A DNA stretch of 64,000 nt from an uncultured Acidimicrobiaceae bacterium (GTDB taxonomy: Bacteria > Actinomycetota > Acidimicrobiia > Acidimicrobiales > RAAP-2), in NCBI GenBank assembly GCA_963839255.1, contig CAWIUH010000007.1, forward strand, positions 86,280 through 150,279. Direction: 5' to 3'. The first letter of the stretch is position 1. Every line of letters starts with the position of its first letter. The notes under the pieces are model-generated. The model was not told the DNA's origin and did no database searches. It saw nothing but the letters and a program-made list of their open reading frames with translations. Position numbers and translations under genes: made by a program. Positions 1 through 9,718 of this stretch are shown one piece after another.

Positions 1-537
1 GCGCTTTGCGTCAATCTCGCGCTGCTTCTTCGCTTCGATGGCCGCCTTCTCTCGCGCCTTGCGCGCGATCTCGCGCTCCTTGGCCGCGATCTTGGCCTTG
101 GCCTCGCGCTCCTTCTTCGCCTTTGCCGCCGCGAGGGCCTTGGCCTTGGCCGCCGCCGCCTTGTCCTTGGCGATCGCGCGGGCCCTGGCCTCGCGCTCCT
201 TCTTTGCCTTGGCGACCTCTTGGGCCCTTGCGCGCACGAGCGCCTTTTGGGCGGTGGCCTTGGCCTTGGCTTCGCGTTCTTTCTTCAGCTTGTCGGCGGC
301 CAGCGCCTTTTGCTTCTTCAGAGCCGCGGCCTTTTGGGCGGCGCTGAGCACCGTGGCCTTCTTGGCCACGACCTTCTTGGCCGGCACCTTCTTCGTCGAC
401 TTGGCAGTCGTTTTCTTCACGGGAACGGACTTAGCGGTCTTCTTGACGACCTTCTTCGCGGGCACACGCGCGACGGGTCCCCGGGCGACAGCCTTCTTCG
501 CCGGGGCCTTCTTCGTGTTTTTCGCGTTCGACGCCAT
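1..537 (-). CDS. Lys/Ala-rich histone-like low-complexity protein, 3' end outside window (possibly the N-terminus of a TraR/DksA-family protein)
   Basis: Not in the ORF track. Manual translation: ATG at 537 after GAGGAG RBS, MASNAKNTKKAPAKKAVARG...KKEREAKAK...EAKKQREIDAKR, open to base 1. The DksA guess rests only on its position after divIVA. Confidence 0.8.
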   Translation of the reverse strand, partial: MASNAKNTKKAPAKKAVARGPVARVPAKKVVKKTAKSVPVKKTTAKSTKKVPAKKVVAKKATVLSAAQKAAALKKQKALAADKLKKEREAKAKATAQKALVRARAQEVAKAKKEREARARAIAKDKAAAAKAKALAAAKAKKEREAKAKIAAKEREIARKAREKAAIEAKKQREIDAKR

Positions 538-599
538 GCTTAACTCCTCGCCTTGGCCTGATCAGTGTCCGCCGAGGCTAGCAGTTGTCGTCGAAAGTG

Positions 600-1418
600 C
601 TACCGATCGTCACGGTCAAATTTAAGAACCTGACCGATGGTGGGTTGGTCCATGGTGGCCTCGCCCGCGTTCGAAGTCGGCGCCGGTGCCGGTGGGGGCA
701 CGTCGCTCGGTCGTGGCGCCGCGCTGCTGTCCGCTGGATCGGGAGCCGGATCGGGAGCGGGCGACGTCGCAGGGGCGGGACCCGCGGCACTGGCGGGTCG
801 AGGTGCCGTCGTAGCAGTGGTGTCGGCTTGCAGTGATGTCTCGACCCACGCGGTGAACTCCGCGAGGACCTGTGCGATGCGCGCGCGTTCGGCGTTGAGT
901 TGTTGGGCGAGCGTCTCGACGTCTTCGCTCAAGCGTTGCTTCATGCCGTTGAGTCGATTCACTTCGTCTTCGGCGCGACTGCGCGCTTCGTTAATGATCT
1001 CGCGCGCGCGCTCTTGGGCCTCGGCCGTGAACTCACGTGCCTTCTCTTCGGCTTCGCTCTGCGCCTCGTCGATGAAGCGCTGGGCCATGGCGATCATGGT
1101 CGTGACCTGCTCGGCCCCCGCCACGCCGCCGGTGTGAATGGCGGGGGACGGTTGCGCGGTGAGCGGTGCAACGGGTGCGACGGGTGCGGGGCCCGGAGCG
1201 GGGGCAACTTCGCGCGCGTCGAGCTGAGCGATGCGCTCGGCGGCCTGGCGAAGTTGCTGGCGCTGCTGGGCCGCGAGGTCCTTGAGTTGACGCACCTCGA
1301 CCGAGAGGCGTTCAAGAAAGTCGTCGACCTCGTCAACCTTGTAGCCGCGAAGACTGATCGTGAAGGCGACAGAGTCGATACTGTCGAGGGCGGAGGTGGC
1401 GTTATCCGTGCTATCCAT
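600..1418 (-). CDS. divIVA: DivIVA/Wag31 polar growth protein
   Basis: N-terminal FTISLRGYKVDEVDDFL DivIVA motif, coiled coils, position after yggT. Confidence 0.93.
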   Translation of the reverse strand: MDSTDNATSALDSIDSVAFTISLRGYKVDEVDDFLERLSVEVRQLKDLAAQQRQQLRQAAERIAQLDAREVAPAPGPAPVAPVAPLTAQPSPAIHTGGVAGAEQVTTMIAMAQRFIDEAQSEAEEKAREFTAEAQERAREIINEARSRAEDEVNRLNGMKQRLSEDVETLAQQLNAERARIAQVLAEFTAWVETSLQADTTATTAPRPASAAGPAPATSPAPDPAPDPADSSAAPRPSDVPPPAPAPTSNAGEATMDQPTIGQVLKFDRDDR

Positions 1419-1464
1419 CCCGCCACCCTACCGCTGGCTTTCGTTCACGTCCGAACTTCGCGGG

Positions 1465-1716
1465 TTAGATCGCGGCGTTGACGATGAGCAAAATGATGAC
1501 GGCGACAAACACTGACAGATCGATGCCCACTCCCCCGGCGTTGATCCGCGGCATAATCGCGCGCAGAGGTCGCAGGACCGGTTCGGTGATGTCGGCAAGG
1601 ATCCGCTTGATGGTTACGAGTGGACCTTGAGAGTTGCGCACCGGTATCCAACTGAGGAACGCGGTGATGATCAGGATCCAGATGTAGATCGAGATCAGGG
1701 TATGGACGAGGCTCAT
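1465..1716 (-). CDS. yggT: YggT family membrane protein
   Basis: LSW...DITEPVLRPLR...GIDLS motifs; lies between sepF and divIVA. Confidence 0.92.
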   Translation of the reverse strand: MSLVHTLISIYIWILIITAFLSWIPVRNSQGPLVTIKRILADITEPVLRPLRAIMPRINAGGVGIDLSVFVAVIILLIVNAAI

Positions 1717-2309
1717 GCCCTATCGAGGGCGTGGTAGTTCGTTGCTCGTAGCCGCTCTTTCATTTCCGGACCGACAAACATCCCCTGGGGGCTTATGAGA
1801 TACACCCCACGGATCAGCATCTCGATGCGCGCGGTGAGGGCGTAGGCCGTGCCGGCGGTGAAGTCGACCAGGCGCCGAGTGAGGCCGGGATCGACGTCGA
1901 GGGTGACCAGGACGACGGCGCGATTTTGGCGCAGGAAGTCGGTGATCTGGCGCGAGTCGTCGTAGTTCTCGGGCACCACGATCGCCACGTCGCGCTCGGG
2001 ATGGAAGGCCGAGGCCCCCCGGCCTGAGGCGGCGGGGCGAACGCGGCTGACCCCGTGAGAACCCTCAAGCACCGAGACTTGACCGGTGCGCATGGGGCTG
2101 CGAGTCGGGCTCGCGGGTCGAAGTCCCGAGGCTTTCGCCGGCTGAGTGGGAAAGGTGCGAGCGACCGCGACGGGCGTGGGCGACCACTCGGGCTCGCTGT
2201 CTTCGGGCTGCTCGGAGAAGGGCCGTGGAGTGTTGGCGGGACCGTAGTCGCCGTAGTCGTCTTCGACGAGACCGAGAAAACCGAGGAGCCCTCGTAGCTT
2301 TTCTTTCAT
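1713..2309 (-). CDS. sepF: Cell division protein SepF
   Basis: N-terminal amphipathic LLGFLGL, C-terminal RRLVDFTAGTAYAL SepF core; AAGGGAG RBS. Confidence 0.92.
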   Translation of the reverse strand: MKEKLRGLLGFLGLVEDDYGDYGPANTPRPFSEQPEDSEPEWSPTPVAVARTFPTQPAKASGLRPASPTRSPMRTGQVSVLEGSHGVSRVRPAASGRGASAFHPERDVAIVVPENYDDSRQITDFLRQNRAVVLVTLDVDPGLTRRLVDFTAGTAYALTARIEMLIRGVYLISPQGMFVGPEMKERLRATNYHALDRA

Positions 2310-2343
2310 TCGTCACTCCCTTGGATGAACTGCGCAAACTATG

Positions 2344-3027
2344 TTAGGCCAGGCCGCCCGCATAGGTCCGTGGCCCGAAGAGGGCCCGGCCCACCCGCAC
2401 TTCCGTTGTGCCCAGTTCACAGGCCATTTCCAGGTCTTCACTCATGCCCATCGATCGCTCCACCAGGCCCAGCTCATCGGCGAGTTCGACGGTTCGACGG
2501 AACGCCGCTCTCGCCAAGTCGGCGTCGGGCGGGGCTACCACCATCAGTCCGCGAACCTTCAAGTTCAACTCTCGAGCGCGACTCACCAGTTCGGGCACCA
2601 TCGAAGGCGGCGCGCCGTTTCGTTCCGCGCGGCGCGTGAAGTCCACTTGAATGTCGAGTACCGACGTGCTCGCGAGCGACGCCAGCTTGCTCAGCTCGCG
2701 ATCGCGCGAGACGCCGCTGAGCACGCCCGCGCACTGAGTCGCGCGGGCGATCTTGTTCGACTGCAGGGCCCCAAGGAAGTGCCACACGCCCTCGGGCGCG
2801 GCGTCACGTTTGGCGCAGAGTTCGTCCACGTAGTTCTCTCCGAAGTCGCTCAGACCAACCTCGAACGCCGCGCGCACCGCCTCGCGCGGGAACGTCTTGG
2901 TGACGGCCACCACGCGCACACTGTGGACGTCGCGGCCCGTCGACGCGATGCGCTGACGCACGAGTTCCAGGTTGGCGCGGATGCGCTCGCGCAGTTCGCT
3001 ATCGGAGGAAGCTGGGGAGATCGTCAT
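2344..3027 (-). CDS. yggS: PLP homeostasis protein YggS
   Basis: [41 protein letters not shown]; start placed at ATG 3027. Confidence 0.93.
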   Translation of the reverse strand: MTISPASSDSELRERIRANLELVRQRIASTGRDVHSVRVVAVTKTFPREAVRAAFEVGLSDFGENYVDELCAKRDAAPEGVWHFLGALQSNKIARATQCAGVLSGVSRDRELSKLASLASTSVLDIQVDFTRRAERNGAPPSMVPELVSRARELNLKVRGLMVVAPPDADLARAAFRRTVELADELGLVERSMGMSEDLEMACELGTTEVRVGRALFGPRTYAGGLA

Positions 3028-4075
3028 CGCCACCGACGTCAAAGAAGTCGTCGCCCGTGGTCGTAAAGATGTCACTCTTAGGTCCCTCGGTCATCGAAGG
3101 CTCACTGGTCGTCGTCGACCTCATGCCGCTCGGGTCGAAGCCGGCCGCGATCACCGTGACGCGAACCGCATCACCGATGGAGTCGTCGATCACCGATCCG
3201 AAGATGATGTTGGCGTCGGGGTGAGCCACCGAGTGGATGATCTCGGCCGCCTGGGTCACTTCCTGAAGCGTCACCGTTGATCCGCCCACGATGTTCATCA
3301 AGATGCCACGCGCCCCATCGATGGATGCCTCGAGCAACGGCGAGGTGATCGCCGCCCGGGCGGCGTTCACGGCGCGGCCCTCACCCGTTGAGCTGCCCAC
3401 GCCCATGATTGCGGTACCGGCATTGCGCATCACCGTGTTGACGTCGGCGAAGTCGGTGTTGATGAGTCCGGGCACGGTAATGAGGTCCGTCACGCCGCGC
3501 ACGGCCGAGAGCAGCACGTCGTCGGCGATCTTGAACGCGTCGATCATCGACGTGTCGGGAGCGGTCACCGAGAGCAACCGGTCATTGGGAATCACGATCA
3601 AGGTATCGACCTTGTCGCGCAGACTCTGAATGCCCTGTTCGGCCTGGGTGGCGCGACGCTTGCCCTCGAAACCAAAAGGACGCGTGACCACGCCGATCGT
3701 GAGAATGCCGAGCGCCCGCGCGATCTCGGCCACCACTGGCGCGGCTCCTGTGCCCGTGCCACCGCCTTCGCCCGCGGTGATGAAGACCATGTCGGTGTCC
3801 TTGAGCGCCTCTTCGATCTCGGCGCGGTGATCTTCGGCGGCCTGACGGCCTACCTCCGGATCGCTACCCGCACCCAGACCGCGAGTGAGCTCTCGACCAA
3901 TGTCGATTTTGAGATCCGCTTCAGAGAGCAACAACGCCTGAGCGTCCGTGTTCGCCGCGATGAACTCGATGTTTTTCAAACCCGAGGTGATCATCCGGTT
4001 AACGGCGTTCGCCCCACCGCCACCGACGCCGATGACTTTGATGACGGCGTGGTAGTTGTTCTGAATGAGGCTCAT
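2999..4075 (-). CDS. ftsZ: Cell division protein FtsZ
   Basis: [21 protein letters not shown] tubulin signature, C-terminal DLPSFLR; ATG 4075 with GGGGAG RBS. Confidence 0.98.
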   Translation of the reverse strand: MSLIQNNYHAVIKVIGVGGGGANAVNRMITSGLKNIEFIAANTDAQALLLSEADLKIDIGRELTRGLGAGSDPEVGRQAAEDHRAEIEEALKDTDMVFITAGEGGGTGTGAAPVVAEIARALGILTIGVVTRPFGFEGKRRATQAEQGIQSLRDKVDTLIVIPNDRLLSVTAPDTSMIDAFKIADDVLLSAVRGVTDLITVPGLINTDFADVNTVMRNAGTAIMGVGSSTGEGRAVNAARAAITSPLLEASIDGARGILMNIVGGSTVTLQEVTQAAEIIHSVAHPDANIIFGSVIDDSIGDAVRVTVIAAGFDPSGMRSTTTSEPSMTEGPKSDIFTTTGDDFFDVGGDDDLPSFLR

Positions 4076-4184
4076 GGACTCCCCTTGGGTATTGCTTCTA
4101 TTGTTACCGCCCCGCGGGCGCGTGTCGCGAACAGTCATTGAAGGCTAGCCATCGCCCACATACCGGTCAAATACAAGGCTTTTC

Positions 4185-4970
4185 TCATTCACTCGGCGGC
4201 GTCACCGCGAGCTCATCGGGAACGGTCACGTCCACGACGTCACCGGGTACGAGAGTGCTATGTGCGATGACCGACGCGATGGCCACGAACTTTGCGTGCA
4301 AATTCGTCGCGGAGCCGACAATAAAAGTAACGGGCGTAGTCATGTGCAGGGTCACCGAACCCTGCGCGTCGTCGGTGATCGTGCTGACCTGAGTGGCGAA
4401 GGCCACGGGCAACTTGCTCGCCACGTAGGCGGCTCCTCGCCCCGCGACCGCGTAGGGCCACGACGTCGAGGTCGCTCCGAGGTAGTCGAGCGTCGGCAGA
4501 TTCTCGTGCAGAGGTGCGCGTCCGAGGGCCTGCCCCCGGGCGTCCACGTACTCCAAGACGTGCGAGGAGCCAAAGGCAACGGCCACCGCGACGTTCTCGT
4601 GGATCGCCAACTCCACAGTGCGGGGCCACTTCTTGGTAATGGTGACCGATCCGACCCACGGCAGAGTTTCGAGACGCTCCTTGAGAAGCGACTCATTCAG
4701 ATTCACCATCGACGGATGCGAGGACAGACCCGAGCGGCCGAGCACCGCCGCCAGGCTCTCGTGGTGATTGCCGGTGACGACCACCTGCTCGACGCGAAAG
4801 TACGGCCGATGCAGCGCCCACTGCAGCCCGAGGACGATGACCGTGACCGCCACGCCCAGCGCGAGGAGCCACTTGGTGAGTCGACGCAGGCGACGCCGCG
4901 GGGAAATGGTGCGCTCGGCGACCAAGTCAGCCGGTCTCTCGCGCTCGTGGGCAGCGACGCGGCGACTCAC
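4185..4970 (-). CDS. ftsQ: Cell division protein FtsQ/DivIB
   Basis: Single TM then POTRA-like domain (VVVTGNHH...LPWV...KKWP); directly upstream of ftsZ. Confidence 0.88.
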   Translation of the reverse strand: MSRRVAAHERERPADLVAERTISPRRRLRRLTKWLLALGVAVTVIVLGLQWALHRPYFRVEQVVVTGNHHESLAAVLGRSGLSSHPSMVNLNESLLKERLETLPWVGSVTITKKWPRTVELAIHENVAVAVAFGSSHVLEYVDARGQALGRAPLHENLPTLDYLGATSTSWPYAVAGRGAAYVASKLPVAFATQVSTITDDAQGSVTLHMTTPVTFIVGSATNLHAKFVAIASVIAHSTLVPGDVVDVTVPDELAVTPPSE

Positions 4971-5878
4971 GAACTCACCCCAAAGCCCACGAAGTGGTTC
5001 TCACAGATGAGTTCCACCCCCGACGCCTCGAGCACCCGCGCCTTGACCATATTTATAAGTGAGTACACGTCGACGGCCAGACCCCCGGCGTCGGCCTGGA
5101 TGAAGTTGGCGTGCTTATCGCTCACGGCCGCGCTACCCAGGCGAAGACCCTTGCACCCCGCCTCCTCCACGAGGCGCGCGGCGTGGTCACCGTCAGGATT
5201 GCGAAAGACACTTCCGGCGTTCTGGCCGCCCGGTTGGTGCTCGCGGCGCCAGCGCACGATCTCGCGGACGCGTTCTTCGGATTCCTTCGCGTCGCCGCGC
5301 GAGAGCACGAAGCGCGCGTCTACCACGACGTCGCGCGCACCGAGGGCGCTGGTGCGATATCCCAACTCCAGCTGTTCCTTCGACCAGACGCCCACCGCGC
5401 CGTCGCGCCAGATCGTGGCGTCAAGTAGCGAGCCAGCGATGTCGTCGCCGTGTCCCCCGGCGTTCATCGCCACCGCTCCCCCCACGGTGCCCGGCACCCC
5501 CACGGCCCACTCGAAGCCCACGATCCCCTGGTGCGCGAGGCGGCGCGCCATGAGGGGAAGATCCAGACCGGCGCCCGCCTCGACGATCACCTCGTCCGCA
5601 CCGTCGAAGCTCAGTGTCGCGCGCGAACGATCGAAGTGCACGACGAGCACGTCACGCTCGCCGTCTTCGACGAGCAGATTCGATCCGTTGCCCAAGGCGA
5701 CAAGAGCCAGTTGCGACTCGAGGATCAAGGGCGTCAGCTCCTCGAGTTGGCTGCGCGTCGCCACGCTCACAAAGGCCCTGGCGGTTCCACCGACGCGGTA
5801 CGTGGTGCGCGATCCAAAAGGCGCGTGGACGGCGACGAAGCCCTCCCCACGAGCCAGGAGTTCGTCGAGGGCGCTCAC
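4967..5878 (-). CDS. murB: UDP-N-acetylenolpyruvoylglucosamine reductase
   Basis: TTYRVGG, GNGSNLL, GVPGTVGGAVAMNAG, NAGSVFRNP, HANF. Confidence 0.96.
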   Translation of the reverse strand: MSALDELLARGEGFVAVHAPFGSRTTYRVGGTARAFVSVATRSQLEELTPLILESQLALVALGNGSNLLVEDGERDVLVVHFDRSRATLSFDGADEVIVEAGAGLDLPLMARRLAHQGIVGFEWAVGVPGTVGGAVAMNAGGHGDDIAGSLLDATIWRDGAVGVWSKEQLELGYRTSALGARDVVVDARFVLSRGDAKESEERVREIVRWRREHQPGGQNAGSVFRNPDGDHAARLVEEAGCKGLRLGSAAVSDKHANFIQADAGGLAVDVYSLINMVKARVLEASGVELICENHFVGFGVSS

Positions 5879-7233
5879 GAGAGCCCTCCGGGCAGCGTCG
5901 CGATGATCGAACCGACGTCGCCCGCTCCGAGAACCAAGATGACGTCACTGTCGTCCACCAGATGACCGAGCAGTTCGCCCACGAGCCCCAGGTCGGCGCA
6001 GTACAGGGTGTCGAGGGTCGGGTCAAAGCGCAGCAGCGCGTTCGCGATGAGCTCGCCGGTCACGCCACTCGGGTTCGCTTCACCGGCGTGGTACAGATCG
6101 GTCACGATGACGTGGCGCGCGCCAGCGAAGGCTGGGGCGAAGTGATCGACGAGTGCGAGGGTGCGCGTAACGCGATGGGGCTGAAAGACCACGGTGATGC
6201 GCTCGTAGCCGGCGGCCTGGGTGGCGGCGATGGTGGCGGCGATCTCACCGGGCAGGTGCGCGTAGTCCTCGTAGACGTCCGCCCCGCGCCACACTCCGCG
6301 GTACTGGTAGCGCCGTGGCGCACCCATGAAGTTCGACAGTCCTCGCACGATGGCCTCGTCGGCGACCCCCACTTCGTGCGCGAGGACCGCGACCACTGAG
6401 GCGTTGGCGACGTTGAGCGCCCCGGTTACGCGAAGTTCGATCTCGAGCGCACGGGGGCCGCTCAACGTGAAGCTGGCCCCGCGGCGCGCGAGAGCCACGT
6501 CGCTCACCCGCCACGTCGCCTGGTCGCCGCTCCCCACGAGCACCGCCTCAGGGCGCACCGCGACCGCGCGCCGCGCGCCGGGGTCATCGGCCCATGCAAC
6601 GACCGGTCCACTCGTGCGCTCAACCAAGTCGGCGAAGGCGCGCTCTAACACGTCGAGGGATCCGTAGAAGTCGAGGTGATCAGCTTCTACGTTGGTGATG
6701 CCGAGGGCGAAGGGGTGCAACTCACCAAAGGTGCCGTAGCTCTCGTCGATCTCCAAGAGGAGATCCCCGTCCCCCCAGTGACCCTGAGCGCCCACACCCA
6801 GGACCGGGGCGCCCAAGAGCCACGCGTCGTCGCGTCCCGCGGCGAGCGAGACCTGGACCATCATGGAGGTGGCGGTTGTTTTGCCGTGCGTGCCGGTAAA
6901 CCCAATGACTCGCTTGAGGGCTGAGAGTTCCTCGAAGGCGCTCGCGCGCGTCACGAGTCGTGCACCGGCCTCGCGCGCCGCCACGAGCTCCACGTTGTCG
7001 GCGCTGACCGCTGGCGACCATAAGACAATGTCGGCGCCCTCGACGTGCGTTGAGTCGTGCCCCGCGAACACGCTCACCCGACGAGCACGCAGATCGTCGA
7101 AGACCGCAGACTCGGCGACGTCACTGCCGCTCACCACCGCTCCGAACTCCGAGAGCAACATCGCCATGCCGCTCATCCCCGCGCCGCCCACCCCCACGAC
7201 GTGAACGCGCGCCCCCGGCCAAAAGGCGCTCAC
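5875..7233 (-). CDS. murC: UDP-N-acetylmuramate--L-alanine ligase
   Basis: GVGGAGMSG, GTHGKTT, EIDES, DYAH.P.EI, FQPHR. Confidence 0.96.
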   Translation of the reverse strand: MSAFWPGARVHVVGVGGAGMSGMAMLLSEFGAVVSGSDVAESAVFDDLRARRVSVFAGHDSTHVEGADIVLWSPAVSADNVELVAAREAGARLVTRASAFEELSALKRVIGFTGTHGKTTATSMMVQVSLAAGRDDAWLLGAPVLGVGAQGHWGDGDLLLEIDESYGTFGELHPFALGITNVEADHLDFYGSLDVLERAFADLVERTSGPVVAWADDPGARRAVAVRPEAVLVGSGDQATWRVSDVALARRGASFTLSGPRALEIELRVTGALNVANASVVAVLAHEVGVADEAIVRGLSNFMGAPRRYQYRGVWRGADVYEDYAHLPGEIAATIAATQAAGYERITVVFQPHRVTRTLALVDHFAPAFAGARHVIVTDLYHAGEANPSGVTGELIANALLRFDPTLDTLYCADLGLVGELLGHLVDDSDVILVLGAGDVGSIIATLPGGLS

Positions 7234-8339
7234 GATCGCACCCCGAGAACAACCATGGCGATGGCGGAGGCGGCGTGAGGGTGAGCCAGTGAGTGCACGG
7301 CCCGACCCATCTCGTCTCGCACCGGTTCTTCGGCGATGATGTCCAGGGCGTCACCGAGCGTCTGAGCGCTGCAGCGGTCGTCGCGAACCACAAGTGCGCC
7401 ACCCACGTCCGCCAGCGCTCGCGCGTTCATGGCCTGGTGGTCGTGGGGTGCACCGGGCAAGGGCACCAGGACCGCGGGCACCGCAAGCGCTTCGAGTTCG
7501 GCCACGGTGATCGCTCCCGCGCGACAGACCGCCACGTCGCACAGCGACCACAGGCTCTCCATATCCCCGAACTCAATGACCCGGTAGTCCAGACCGTCGA
7601 GGGCGGGACGCGACGCGGCGATCTCGGCAAAGTCGCGCCGTCCAGTGACGTGCACGAGGGCCCGATCGCGACGCGACGACCACGACTGAGCCAGGTCTCG
7701 CACGGCCACGTTGACGCGACGTGACCCGAGCGACCCGGTCATGACGACCACCACGGTGCGATCCGCGTCGATCGGCGGTTCGGCTCGCGCCTTGGCAACT
7801 TGGCGCGCGGACCGTGAACGATCGAGCGACTCGATGCTCTCGCGCAGCGGCGCTCCCGTGACGACCACATTCTCGCCCGGCACCGCAAAAGCGGTGCAGC
7901 GCTTGCTCGCCCAGCGCGCGAGGAGTCGATGCGTAGCCCCGGGCACCGCGTCAAAGTCAACCAGGACCAGCGGCACACGCCAACAGGCGGCGGCCAAGGC
8001 GACGGCAAACGACGCGTATCCGCCCACTGACACCACCACCGAGGGACGCCAGCGCCGCACGAGGAACTGGGCGCTCACCAGCGCGACGACGAGGCCGAGG
8101 CAGGCGCTCACGTTGGCGAGGAGATCGCTCGGGCGCAGCGAGCGGCGCAGCCCTCGCCCCGGCAACAAGGTGAGCGCAACGTCGTCGAGAAGAAGCGTGC
8201 GCTCCTGGCCGCGGCGGCTGCCCACGAAGCGCAGGTCGCTCGGCGCAACTCCGTGCGCCCGTAGCGCCTCGGCGATCGCCTGCATGGGAAAGACGTGGCC
8301 TCCGGTGCCGCCCCCAGTGATGACGATGGGGCGGGCCAT
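7230..8339 (-). CDS. murG: Undecaprenyl-PP-MurNAc-pentapeptide GlcNAc transferase
   Basis: ITGGGTGGHVFP, GGYAS, GSLGS, CRAGAITVAE, HQAMNA; true start ATG 8339 overlaps the ftsW stop. Confidence 0.96.
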   Translation of the reverse strand: MARPIVITGGGTGGHVFPMQAIAEALRAHGVAPSDLRFVGSRRGQERTLLLDDVALTLLPGRGLRRSLRPSDLLANVSACLGLVVALVSAQFLVRRWRPSVVVSVGGYASFAVALAAACWRVPLVLVDFDAVPGATHRLLARWASKRCTAFAVPGENVVVTGAPLRESIESLDRSRSARQVAKARAEPPIDADRTVVVVMTGSLGSRRVNVAVRDLAQSWSSRRDRALVHVTGRRDFAEIAASRPALDGLDYRVIEFGDMESLWSLCDVAVCRAGAITVAELEALAVPAVLVPLPGAPHDHQAMNARALADVGGALVVRDDRCSAQTLGDALDIIAEEPVRDEMGRAVHSLAHPHAASAIAMVVLGVRS

Positions 8340-9718
8340 TAGTACCGCTCGGGACGATTCGGGTGGCGCCGCGGGTCGTATCGACCCGCGGGACGCGCGC
8401 CGCGCGGGTTCTCGTAGGTTCGTCGTGCGCTCGGTCGAGTGGGGGGACGAGCGCCGCCGCGCGCCGCCGTGCGAGTCGGGGGTCGCGGGGCCGGTCGGGC
8501 CACGCGAACGTTCGGGGGAATCGTGAGGTCGCTCGAGTGCGAACGGTCGTGGGCGATGCTGTAGAGCACCCCGATCGCCGCAAGTTCGGTGATCAGCGCG
8601 GTACCGCCGTAGGAAAAGAAGGGCAGGGGTACGCCGGTCACGGCCCACCACCCCACCACCGAGGCGATGTTGAGGAGAGCTTCGACGATGATCCACGTGG
8701 CAATGCCGACCGCGATCAATCGGTACACCTGGTTCGAACACTGGCGCGCAATGCGTACCGCCACGAAGAGGAAGGCGATGAACAGCGCAATGACGGCAAA
8801 GGTCCCGATGACTCCCAGCTCTTCGCCGATGATCGAAAAGATGAAGTCAGTCTGAGGGTTCGGCAGCAGCCCCCAGATCTCGCGGCTGTGCCCGAGGCCG
8901 AGCCCGCTTATACCGCCCGCGCCGAGCCCGATGCGCGACTGAAGCAACTGATAACCGCTCGTGGCCAGATTCGAGTTCGGGTGCAGGAAGGAAAAGAAGC
9001 GCCGCGCCGAGTAGGGGTCCGAGATCATGTAGATGCCCACCGCGGCACCAAGGGCCACGAGAGAACCGGCCAACAGTCGGCGTGAGAGGCCCGCGACGGC
9101 CAGCATCACGAGGGCGATCACGAGCACCACCGAGGCGGTCCCCAGATCGGGCTCTAACACGATGAGTCCGCAGCCCAACCAGATGGGCAGCGTCCTGATT
9201 GCCAACTGCTTCCAGTCGTTCAACTCGTCGTGGTGCTGGAGGATCAGCCAGCCGATGAAGACGACGGTACACAGTTTGAAGATCTCGGAGGGCTGCAGAT
9301 CGATCAGATGCAGGTTAAGCCACCGCTTGCCACCGTTCGTTTCCACTCCCACGGCCTTGACCGCGACTAGGAGTACGAGCCCCACCGCCATGAGTAGGGG
9401 TGCACTCTTCACGAGTCGCTCGAGACGAGCGCGCGCCGCGAAGTAGAAGGCAAAGACACCCAAGATGAGGTACGCGATGTCGTGAATGGTGATGGAAAAC
9501 GTCGAGCCGCCATTGGCGGCCGACTGGCCCTCGCTGGCCGACGCCACGAAGATCGTGCCGAAGATGACGAGGGCAGTCGTGACGAGCACGAGTACGCGAG
9601 CGGTGTTGTCGCCGTGGGGCATCGGCTGAAAGAACCCACGCTCAGGGTAGCGCGACGTCTCGCGCGAGTCGATCGGTCGTGGCGTCGCGCGCACGGAGCG
9701 GTCAGCGCGAATCGCCAC
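8339..9718 (-). CDS. ftsW: Peptidoglycan glycosyltransferase FtsW (SEDS)
   Basis: RWL...QPSE.FK, EPDLGT, TDFIFSIIGEELG, PFFSYGGT; GTG 9718 overlaps mraY stop (alternative ATG 9622). Confidence 0.95.
   Translation of the reverse strand: MAIRADRSVRATPRPIDSRETSRYPERGFFQPMPHGDNTARVLVLVTTALVIFGTIFVASASEGQSAANGGSTFSITIHDIAYLILGVFAFYFAARARLERLVKSAPLLMAVGLVLLVAVKAVGVETNGGKRWLNLHLIDLQPSEIFKLCTVVFIGWLILQHHDELNDWKQLAIRTLPIWLGCGLIVLEPDLGTASVVLVIALVMLAVAGLSRRLLAGSLVALGAAVGIYMISDPYSARRFFSFLHPNSNLATSGYQLLQSRIGLGAGGISGLGLGHSREIWGLLPNPQTDFIFSIIGEELGVIGTFAVIALFIAFLFVAVRIARQCSNQVYRLIAVGIATWIIVEALLNIASVVGWWAVTGVPLPFFSYGGTALITELAAIGVLYSIAHDRSHSSDLTIPPNVRVARPAPRPPTRTAARGGARPPTRPSARRTYENPRGARPAGRYDPRRHPNRPERY

Noticed and set aside
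38-625. 195-aa Ala/Phe/Leu-rich plus-strand ORF that looks like a membrane protein
   Set aside because: It is the antisense shadow of the Lys/Ala-rich minus-strand gene, which has a proper RBS and fits the operon direction
4260-5906. 548-aa plus-strand ORF (likewise 12539..14014 and many others in the track)
   Set aside because: Antisense to recognisable genes (ftsQ/murB, ftsI); long shadow ORFs are expected at high GC and these have no motifs
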